From: Nonlabens ponticola
GTDB taxonomy: Bacteria > Bacteroidota > Bacteroidia > Flavobacteriales > Flavobacteriaceae
Assembly: GCF_003966335.1 (NCBI RefSeq)
Contig: NZ_CP034549.1
Location: forward strand, 150,001 to 182,000
Direction of reading: 5' to 3'
DNA length: 32,000 nt
How positions within the stretch are numbered: position 1 is the first letter of the stretch; each line of letters begins with the position of its first letter. The translations under genes were made by a program, and so were the position numbers. Positions 25,545-32,000 of the stretch are shown in pieces. Below the pieces are notes generated by a model. That model was not told the DNA's origin and ran no database searches. It saw only the letters and a program-made list of their open reading frames with translations.

Positions 25545-26132
25545 ATGAGCCAGCTTGAAGTACCCATCACTGATGTTGAGACGTTTATCTATTGTCTTGA
25601 GGTGGTTCCCGATGTTGATGTTGTTCAAACTACTGAGGTTACTTCAATTCTTGAAGATATTGCGCGCAATCAACACATCACGAGTATTTATAAAGCTTGC
25701 GACACCATTGAAGGACTTGAAGAAGCTATCAATCAGCTTATTTATGATGACCATCATTTCAAGGATTATGAGATAATATACTTGGTCTTACCAGGCGATG
25801 CCAATAACATTCTTATCAACGGCTACTATTACAGCATTGAAGAAATTGCAGAATTGTTTGAAGGCAAACTGGACGGCAAGATTCTCCATTTTGCTAATAA
25901 AAAGGTACTTGATCTGACTGATGAGGAATCACAGTATTTTATGGATATCACAGGTGCTAGAGCGGTTTCTGGATACGGCTTCAAATCAGATAATTTGACA
26001 AGCGCGTTTACAATTGATCGAGTGTTTTTTAGCCTGTTTTATGAGGACGATGACATCAAAGCTGTAGTAGAACGCATGTTTAGGAAGCATTACAAATTGT
26101 GTACGTTGCTGGATTTTAGATTGTATTATTGA
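25545..26132 (+). CDS. Hypothetical acidic cytoplasmic protein (195 aa), no recognised domain
   Basis: Clean ATG-initiated ORF with no signal peptide or transmembrane segment and rich in D/E. I cannot assign a family from the sequence. Confidence 0.5.
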   Translation: MSQLEVPITDVETFIYCLEVVPDVDVVQTTEVTSILEDIARNQHITSIYKACDTIEGLEEAINQLIYDDHHFKDYEIIYLVLPGDANNILINGYYYSIEEIAELFEGKLDGKILHFANKKVLDLTDEESQYFMDITGARAVSGYGFKSDNLTSAFTIDRVFFSLFYEDDDIKAVVERMFRKHYKLCTLLDFRLYY

Positions 26133-26145
26133 TTCTGGTGGGTTA

Positions 26146-26161
26146 CGCTTTCGCGAAAGCG
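26146..26161. repeat. Palindrome family copy J (perfect; GTTACGC...GCGGAATT)
   Basis: Lies between the convergent stops of the 195-aa ORF (26132) and blh (26178). Confidence 0.95.
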
Positions 26162-26177
26162 GAATTATCGACTCATT

Positions 26178-27101
26178 TTAAACAGGTGGTCGCTCCCAAT
26201 GATTATCTGGATTTTGATTTCGCTGCCATGCGAAGAGCAAAACGTGAGGAATGGTAGTTGCGGCGCTAAGTATGATTACTAGTGATAGCTGGGTAATAGT
26301 ATCGCCCATAAGCAGGTAGAGCATCACGATACCAGCGATCGACACTAGGTAAAATGGCAAGGCTTTTTTTATGTAAGTCATAAAACCCTCCAATCGCTTC
26401 AATTTTAAATCGTCTAGTTGACTTATAATACTAGGAACACTGTGCCAGAATACAAAGTAAAAAGCAAACCCTTGAAGCAAATCAAAGACCGTAAAAAATA
26501 GATACAGCACTAACAGACTGAGCTGCAATATCAAGAATTGATACACCTTGATACGCCTTAAAATCATGTTCCCGAAGGAAACGATCGCCTGAATTACCAG
26601 AAAAGGGATTAGTGCTAGATAGTTCCATTCAATTAGAGTTGGGTCAAATATGGTAGTAGATAAAACTTGCTGTAGCTCTTGTATATTAGCTATGAATAAA
26701 ATCGCAAAAACAGAAAGCCCATAGAAAAACGCCAGTAGGTTACCTGACCATCCTTTTACTGGCATCCAGTGATGCAAATGCTCCTCGCCAAAATGATAAG
26801 CGCTTACCAAAACAAAAACATTGAGTGCCACCCATGGTAATCCCCAAAAAAGTAATGCAATTGCTGCACCTGCAGCGATGTAAATAGAAATAAAGCTGAC
26901 TAATTTTATTTGGAACTTCCCAGCAGATCGCAGAATGAAATAATCATTTGCGCCGTGAATCAAACCTAATGTAGCGACTAATATCATCAAAAAAATGGAG
27001 AGAAACCGGTCATTAACAAGGCCGACTCTACCAATAAAAAAGCCACCTAGAGTGATGGCTATTAATGTGATATATAAAATAAGAGGCTTAGTCTTTAACA
27101 T
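26178..27101 (-). CDS. blh: Brp/Blh-family beta-carotene 15,15'-dioxygenase (retinal synthesis)
   Basis: Polytopic membrane protein with the conserved His motifs HGANDY, AYHFGEEH and FVFWHSVPS. I prefer the ATG at 27101 (MLKTKPLILY...), which still overlaps the upstream gene by 14 nt. The ORF-track start at 27137 is also possible. Confidence 0.85.
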   Translation of the reverse strand: MLKTKPLILYITLIAITLGGFFIGRVGLVNDRFLSIFLMILVATLGLIHGANDYFILRSAGKFQIKLVSFISIYIAAGAAIALLFWGLPWVALNVFVLVSAYHFGEEHLHHWMPVKGWSGNLLAFFYGLSVFAILFIANIQELQQVLSTTIFDPTLIEWNYLALIPFLVIQAIVSFGNMILRRIKVYQFLILQLSLLVLYLFFTVFDLLQGFAFYFVFWHSVPSIISQLDDLKLKRLEGFMTYIKKALPFYLVSIAGIVMLYLLMGDTITQLSLVIILSAATTIPHVLLFAWQRNQNPDNHWERPPV

Positions 27102-28266
27102 CTTCAAAAATAGGAAAAGGCAAGTCAGTGATATCAATGTCTTCTTGATGTAACCTCAATAATGATTTGCGTAATGACTTGACGAGAATAGGATCTTCTT
27201 TCATATAGTTCCACATCTCAACATAACAATAGCGCACTAGATCGACGGTTTTGAGCCATTTGACATAGACGTAATGTTCTCCATCTTCTGAATAGCAATT
27301 GTGATCTGGTATTCTTGATCTCAGGATAAATAGCTGTGTGAGGTAGTCAATGGCACCTAGCGCCGTTCCTGGATCATTGATCGCTGGACTACTTGCTTTT
27401 ACGGCCACTTCTACCAGGTGTTTTATCTCAGTCTCATGCATTTCAAGCGGTACGCGCATACTTACATTGACCTGTTTCCTGATGTTGCTCCACAATTTTT
27501 CGATATCACCATCAGTGCGCAGTAGCACGTCCTCTTGCAAGACAAACATACCTGGTTGCGGTTCAATCCATACGTGACATTTATTCTTTTTAGCGATTTT
27601 TCCTAACGCGTCTAGGTCAGGTATTTGAAAATATCCGCAGTCATCGCTTTTTTTGACATTCCAGCTATTCAAATCTTCTGGTCTGCCTTTACTTTCAGAG
27701 ATTTCTGCACGCTTGTGCATGCCTTCAATGCCTTTACTGGATTTAGTAAAACTCTTTTTCAGGATATAATTAATGTGAATAGACTGCGATACACTGTGTA
27801 TAAAGTAGATAAAAAGTAAAATACAAATGATGCTAAAAACAATACCTATGGTAGCGCCTAGCGGTGGCCGTCTAGATATTTCCTCACTGGCAGCTGGTAT
27901 TGATAAAACCATTGCATAAATGATCGTACCGCAATTAAAACCTAGTGTTAATTGATGGTGTTTCTCTGATAGGATAAGCGGTATCAATCTAGGTGAGAAG
28001 TTATTGATGCTACGATCCATCACATTCATTACCATCGTATAACTAAATATGGTCAGCGTGAAGATCCCACCAATAATAAACATGAGAACAAACTGAATGT
28101 TCTCACGATCCTGAATCATAAGATTCTTGAGGAAATGCGGTAAGTTTTCTGCCTCGTATGGCAAAAAAATTAACACCACGGCAAAGACCAAAAAAGATAG
28201 CGCTATTCCCGCAGGGACTAGCGCTACACTATCATATACTCTTCTTATAAGTGTGAGCAGCTTCAC
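27088..28266 (-). CDS. DUF2254-family membrane protein of unknown function
   Basis: About four N-terminal hydrophobic helices, NFSPRLIPL after helix 2, and a ~220-aa soluble C-terminal part carrying the SSPAINDPGTALGAIDYL signature that I associate with DUF2254 (PF10011). The GTG start shares its G with the rhodopsin TAG stop. Confidence 0.7.
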   Translation of the reverse strand: MKLLTLIRRVYDSVALVPAGIALSFLVFAVVLIFLPYEAENLPHFLKNLMIQDRENIQFVLMFIIGGIFTLTIFSYTMVMNVMDRSINNFSPRLIPLILSEKHHQLTLGFNCGTIIYAMVLSIPAASEEISRRPPLGATIGIVFSIICILLFIYFIHSVSQSIHINYILKKSFTKSSKGIEGMHKRAEISESKGRPEDLNSWNVKKSDDCGYFQIPDLDALGKIAKKNKCHVWIEPQPGMFVLQEDVLLRTDGDIEKLWSNIRKQVNVSMRVPLEMHETEIKHLVEVAVKASSPAINDPGTALGAIDYLTQLFILRSRIPDHNCYSEDGEHYVYVKWLKTVDLVRYCYVEMWNYMKEDPILVKSLRKSLLRLHQEDIDITDLPFPIFEDVKD

Positions 28267-29087
28267 TATGCTACCGCACTCTTATCCATACCTATTTTAT
28301 CAAGTGCTTGTTGCGCTGGTACATATCCAGCAGCGGCAGATTGTTTGATGGCAATGTAGGTAATCATGATACCGTAAATCACTTTACTTGATATATCAGC
28401 CACCGTAAATAATCCTTGTCTCAATACTACACCATCAGCGCTAGGCATAAATTGCGGTACTAGATAAGCTATAGGATATAGTGTCCATGCAAACATCATT
28501 AACCAGAAAACCTTGGTAATAGTAGATTGGGTACCACCAGTCATGGTAGACTTGTTTCTAAAGATTCTTACACCTACAATCCAGTTCATCACTACAAAGA
28601 ATGCTGTACTAATCGCTCCCCAAACCATGAGTTGTGATAGATCATCTACTTCATACAATTGTCCAATATAACCTGTAACGATCATACCCCATGCAGAGAT
28701 GATTAACCAGGTCGCTGTTGAAAATATTGATTTACCCTTCAAGTTCAAGACGATCAATAATTGTACAAGCAAACATGGAATGGTAGCCATCCAGTTCACA
28801 TAACGGTAACCGTTAGAGAATGTTAGATCTTGCAGAGTGTACACCTCACCATTAAATCTAAAGGCGTCAGTCCACATTGCAGCTTGTGAAAACAGGATCA
28901 TACCTGCCGACAACATTACAATACAAGACAATGCTGTTGCAACTCTATATTTAGGAGCTACAAAACGGGACACCACAATAAAGAATACTAATGCAGCAAA
29001 GTGCACACCTACGCCCATGGTAAGCATGTGATCGATAGCTTCAAATTGACCTACCGTGTAATCGTATAAATTTTCAATGTTTCTCAT
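28266..29087 (-). CDS. Microbial rhodopsin with the NTQ motif (light-driven inward chloride pump class, ClR)
   Basis: Seven hydrophobic helices. Helix C, RYVNWMATIPCLLVQ, aligns to bacteriorhodopsin RYADWLFTTPLLLLD, giving N98/T102/Q109 at the D85/T89/D96 positions. The Schiff-base lysine is in DISSKVIYG (K235). The sequence is very close to what I recall of Nonlabens marinus NM-R3. Confidence 0.92.
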   Translation of the reverse strand: MRNIENLYDYTVGQFEAIDHMLTMGVGVHFAALVFFIVVSRFVAPKYRVATALSCIVMLSAGMILFSQAAMWTDAFRFNGEVYTLQDLTFSNGYRYVNWMATIPCLLVQLLIVLNLKGKSIFSTATWLIISAWGMIVTGYIGQLYEVDDLSQLMVWGAISTAFFVVMNWIVGVRIFRNKSTMTGGTQSTITKVFWLMMFAWTLYPIAYLVPQFMPSADGVVLRQGLFTVADISSKVIYGIMITYIAIKQSAAAGYVPAQQALDKIGMDKSAVA

Positions 29088-29107
29088 TTCTTAGTCAGTT
29101 TAGATGT

Positions 29108-29115
29108 CAAACATA
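29108..29115 (-). promoter_or_regulatory. Candidate -7 promoter box (TATGTTTG on the minus strand) for the rhodopsin operon
   Basis: Exact TAnnTTTG match 20 nt upstream of the rhodopsin ATG. No convincing -33 TTTG is present. Confidence 0.3.
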
Positions 29116-29197
29116 GCTTTATGGTCGAGCGATGAATGTGAAAGCTTTAAGAATTTAAAAAATATTAACCTTTTTCCTACAATATGAATTTGGATTA

Positions 29198-29213
29198 CGC
29201 TTTCGCGAAAGCG
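29198..29213. repeat. Palindrome family copy K (perfect; GGATTACGC...GCGGAAT)
   Basis: Lies in the divergent intergenic region between the rhodopsin operon (start 29087) and the LuxR-type regulator gene (start 29374). Confidence 0.95.
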
Positions 29214-29373
29214 GAATAAACAAAACCTATAAACAAGGTAAAAAAAATAAGAATCACCCTAATGATGGATGTTTCCTCAATAATATTATATCCGTTTATG
29301 TGAAAGAAAAATATGCTAAGTTTATGCAATTATCACCCATCTAAAAGTGTCTCCTCACGTCAAGTTGCATATA

Positions 29374-32000
29374 ATGCTCAAGTACCTATTCCTTTTCATG
29401 TTACTGTCCATGAGCGGTCATTTAGTATCACAGGATCTACATCCTGAAATCACTAATTACTCCTATGGTGGTAGTCAAAACTGGAGTATTGATATTGATG
29501 AATCTCAAATTGTTTCCATAGCCAATAATTCTGGGCTAACAAGATTTGATGGGCAATCCTGGTCCTTGCATCCCATTCCCAAGAAAATGATCGTACGTTC
29601 TGTACTGTGTGTGGGCAGCAGGACCTACATAGGCTCTTATGAAGAATTTGGTTATTGGGACAAGCAAGAAAATGGCGAGCTCATATATCATTCTCTATCA
29701 ACAAAGTTTCCTGAAAAAACACCACAACAAAGTGAAGAGTTCTGGCAGATTATTGAGCATGAAGGCATTATCTATTTTAGGTCTTTTGGATCGATTTATA
29801 AATATGATGGCACTAGCATCCAACTAGTTGTGAACTCCTTAGATATTTCTAGTCTAGCGGTACTTGATAGTAAATTGCTTTACGGTAGTCTCTCGCAAGG
29901 AGTTTTTGAGGTAGTTGGGAATCAGGTTAGACCTTATTCCCATGGAACATCACTAGATGAACTTACCAACGTGAACAACATTGAAGTGTTTGATAACCAA
30001 TTGTTCATCTATGATCAAACACGTGGTGCATTCCTGTATGATTCTAAGGAGCGTATAGAACTATCTAATTCCTTAGAACAAATGCTTGAAGAGGATGTTC
30101 TTAATAAGGTAGAATTTATTGATGATGATAGAATCGCTTTTGGAACTATTAAGAATGGTGTAATAATATATTCTATAGCGAGTCAAAATATTGAGACTAT
30201 TAATAGAAAGTCGGGATTACGGAATAATACTGTATTGGATCTTACAGCCCACAATGGAAATTTATGGCTGGCCTTAGATAATGGTGTAAGTCGCATCGCA
30301 GTAGATAGCGCTATTTCTTTTTATACTGATGACACTGGCACATTAGGGACTGTATATGATATTGAATTACTTAATGGACAACTTTATCTAGCCAGCAATA
30401 CTGGTGTTTATACTTTCATTGATAACCAATTGACCCTTTTGGAAAATTCTGAAGGTCATTGTTGGGGCATCCATAAATCCAATAGTGAGCTATTCTTTGG
30501 CCATAATAAAGGAGCACTGATTCTGGCAAATGGAAAGCTTGAATTAATAGAAGGTTCCTACAGCGGCGTCTACGATTACGTTCCTATCCCGAATTCTCAA
30601 GACTTTCTATTATCGACCTATTCTGGAATAGGGTATCTATCTATCGATAACGGCAGCTATGAAGTAACAAAACTCGACGGGCTGGACGTGCCTATTGACA
30701 ACATCATTTTTGAGAACGAAAAGCTCCTATGGGCGACAGATAATTTCAAAAATCTATTTAAAATAGAGTTTAACACCAACAATAAGACGCTTGAAAGTGT
30801 AGTCTTGATGGAAAGCAAGGAGTTAGCAAAGGAGAAAATGGTTGATATCGTCAAAATTGATGATCTACCTTACTTTGTGATAGGTGGATCATGGTTTACC
30901 TACTCGCATGGAAAAAGCAGCTTTCAACCTGCTGAAAAATTTGAAGGTAAATTACTGATTGGTCAAGATGATAGCAGTCTTTGGTTTATGAATGAAGATC
31001 GTTCTAGCATCGTCAAGATAGACCGGCAGTCAGGTGAAGTAACAACACTTTCTAATCAAGAATTTTTCTCAAAACTCGTAGACGGTTACTCAAAAGTTTT
31101 CGCGATTGACGAAAACCGCAGCAGCATCAACCTTAAAGACGGATTTGCAATTATTCACAATGATAAAAGCGGTATCAATGATTATGAAAGCATAATCATC
31201 AAGGAAATAACCGCTAGCGATAAGATAATAGAGCGATCTGAGCCGAATGACCTCATATTGAGTTATGAAGAAGCTAGATCTATAAACTTTAAAATTTATT
31301 CTCCTGGTAATTATGATCATAATTTCACATACCAGCTTGAAGGAGAAATGAGTCAATCTGATAAAATTATGGATGGTAGTTTCATGCTGCGCAATCTCAA
31401 AAGCGGCAATTATATTTTATCTATTGTCGATAGTGGGAACGACCAAATAAGAAAAGAACTGAGCATTGAGGTAATGGCGCCCTGGTATCTAAGTTGGTGG
31501 ATGAAGCTGGGTTATTTACTGTTACTTATAGCATTATTGTTCCTTGCAGGTAGATATCAAAAGATCAAAGCCAATAAAGCTCATAACAAGGCTCAAAAAG
31601 AATTACTACAACAAGCCAAGCAAAAGCTTGAAGCTGTGGAAAAAGAGAACCTAATTAAAGAAGTGGAGTCTCGACAAAAGGAATTGATTAACCGCACCGC
31701 GACGATTGTAAGAAAGAATGAGGCGATCATAACTCTAAGAAATGAACTTAGAAAACTTCAGGAAAGCTCGCCTAATAAGATCAGGACAGACAATATTTTA
31801 AAAAGAACTGGTGAACAGCTGGACAGTAAAAATGACTGGCATTTATTTGAGTCAAAATTCAATTCATTGAATGAGGACTTCTTTAATAATCTATCCAGAA
31901 AGTTTCCAAAATTGACCAGTAAAGATCAAAAGCTATGTGCCTATATCAAAATAGGTCTTACTTCTAAAGAAATTGCTCCGTTGTTGGGAATCACTAAAAG
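29374..32000 (+). CDS. Transmembrane one-component regulator: periplasmic beta-propeller repeats plus a Y_Y_Y domain, one TM helix, a coiled coil and a LuxR-type HTH; the 3' end lies outside the window
   Basis: This ORF is not in the ORF track because it runs off the window. I translated it by hand and it is open from the ATG at 29374 to nt 32000 (875+ codons). It has a signal peptide (MLKYLFLFMLLSMSGHLVSQ), repeated propeller-like units (e.g. NGNLWLALDNGVSRI, NGQLYLASNTGVYTF) and a Y_Y_Y-like INFKIYSPGNYDHNFTYQLEG. The TM helix WYLSWWMKLGYLLLLIALLFLAG lies at ~31483-31551, and it ends in LTSKDQKLCAYIKIGLTSKEIAPLLGIT (LuxR HTH). Confidence 0.8.
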   Translation, partial: MLKYLFLFMLLSMSGHLVSQDLHPEITNYSYGGSQNWSIDIDESQIVSIANNSGLTRFDGQSWSLHPIPKKMIVRSVLCVGSRTYIGSYEEFGYWDKQENGELIYHSLSTKFPEKTPQQSEEFWQIIEHEGIIYFRSFGSIYKYDGTSIQLVVNSLDISSLAVLDSKLLYGSLSQGVFEVVGNQVRPYSHGTSLDELTNVNNIEVFDNQLFIYDQTRGAFLYDSKERIELSNSLEQMLEEDVLNKVEFIDDDRIAFGTIKNGVIIYSIASQNIETINRKSGLRNNTVLDLTAHNGNLWLALDNGVSRIAVDSAISFYTDDTGTLGTVYDIELLNGQLYLASNTGVYTFIDNQLTLLENSEGHCWGIHKSNSELFFGHNKGALILANGKLELIEGSYSGVYDYVPIPNSQDFLLSTYSGIGYLSIDNGSYEVTKLDGLDVPIDNIIFENEKLLWATDNFKNLFKIEFNTNNKTLESVVLMESKELAKEKMVDIVKIDDLPYFVIGGSWFTYSHGKSSFQPAEKFEGKLLIGQDDSSLWFMNEDRSSIVKIDRQSGEVTTLSNQEFFSKLVDGYSKVFAIDENRSSINLKDGFAIIHNDKSGINDYESIIIKEITASDKIIERSEPNDLILSYEEARSINFKIYSPGNYDHNFTYQLEGEMSQSDKIMDGSFMLRNLKSGNYILSIVDSGNDQIRKELSIEVMAPWYLSWWMKLGYLLLLIALLFLAGRYQKIKANKAHNKAQKELLQQAKQKLEAVEKENLIKEVESRQKELINRTATIVRKNEAIITLRNELRKLQESSPNKIRTDNILKRTGEQLDSKNDWHLFESKFNSLNEDFFNNLSRKFPKLTSKDQKLCAYIKIGLTSKEIAPLLGITK

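Noticed and set aside
25337-25570. 77-aa minus-strand ORF in the tRNA-to-195-aa-gene spacer
   Set aside because: It covers repeat unit 2 and its T-run, has no recognisable features, and overlaps the start of the better plus-strand ORF. The repeat or sRNA interpretation explains the sequence better.
27102-27137. Longer N-terminus for Blh (start at 27137, MISLTCLFLFLK...)
   Set aside because: It would overlap the DUF2254 gene by 50 nt. The internal ATG at 27101 gives a 14-nt overlap and keeps all the conserved helices. The longer form cannot be excluded.
28266-29087. The rhodopsin interpreted as a proton pump (DTE/DTD) or a sodium pump (NDQ)
   Set aside because: The residues at the three key helix C positions are N, T and Q as read directly from the codons. 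They are not D-T-E or N-D-Q.
1665-29213. The palindrome family interpreted as a MITE, IS remnant or REP/BIME-type insertion element
   Set aside because: No longer conserved body, terminal inverted repeats with target-site duplications, or transposase is present. Five copies lie in frame inside genes without an obvious insertion. I cannot fully exclude this without ortholog alignments.
1665-29213. The palindrome family interpreted simply as Rho-independent terminators
   Set aside because: No T-run follows the hairpin. Copies F and K lie in divergent promoter regions and five copies lie inside coding sequence, so terminator function cannot explain the family as a whole.
29146-29306. 9-nt direct repeat ATGTGAAAG (29146-29154 and 29298-29306) in the rhodopsin/regulator intergenic region
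   Set aside because: A single shared 9-mer within a ~290-bp AT-rich spacer is within chance expectation, and there is no supporting symmetry.
14570-31356. Short nested or antisense ORFs in the second part of the window. These are 14570..14752, 14876..15070, 15677..15907, 15730..15924, 15835..16020, 16469..16651, 17713..17916, 18564..18767, 19304..19549, 19363..19623, 20109..20612, 21735..21974, 23986..24210, 25555..25776, 27350..27577, 27625..27819, 28127..28348, 28837..29031, 29639..29827, 30657..30854 and 31090..31356.
   Set aside because: The reasoning is the same. All lie inside or opposite confidently called genes. The last three lie inside the long plus-strand regulator ORF, which the track omits because it has no stop in the window.
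1-32000. Search for CRISPR arrays, rRNA genes, transposases, integrases, phage genes or known defence-system enzymes
   Set aside because: I found no regularly spaced direct repeats and no recognisable nuclease, helicase, reverse transcriptase or recombinase ORFs other than RuvC. The only defence-like element is the small ParE-type toxin-antitoxin pair.

Overview
This window looks like a chromosomal segment of a marine Flavobacteriia-type (Bacteroidota) genome. The evidence is a T9SS type B sorting domain, TAnnTTTG-type -7 boxes close to start codons, and a rhodopsin that I recall as very close to the Nonlabens chloride pump. I support about 37 protein genes and one tRNA-Asp(GTC). I see no transposase, integrase, CRISPR array or rRNA. 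Most genes are ordinary: rpe, a YpdA-type flavoprotein, an SDR, a polyferredoxin plus flavoprotein pair, an M1 peptidase, RuvC, PNP, two DUF547 genes, GT2 glycosyltransferases, a HAD hydrolase and a ParE-type toxin-antitoxin pair. Four things stand out. (1) At 26178-29087 (minus strand) three genes overlap stop-to-start: an NTQ-motif rhodopsin (light-driven Cl- pump class), then a 392-aa DUF2254 membrane protein of unknown function, then the Blh retinal-forming dioxygenase. The uncharacterised membrane protein therefore sits inside the photosystem operon, and this is my best candidate for an undescribed system. (2) A 16-bp perfect palindrome CGCTTTCGCGAAAGCG (extended consensus GGATTACGCTTTCGCGAAAGCG[T/G]AATCC) occurs 11 times in 32 kb. 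Six copies are intergenic and five lie inside coding sequence, read in all three frames without breaking the genes. (3) Two tandem sRNA-like units of about 90 nt follow the tRNA-Asp; they share a 41-nt core and each ends in a hairpin plus T-run. (4) A GbsR/MarR-like regulator is flanked by two copies of the same inverted repeat, AACTTTCA-N8-TGAAAGTT. One copy lies in front of its own gene and one in front of tandem paralogous small membrane proteins. All product calls come from motif recognition by eye; no BLAST or HMM search was possible.
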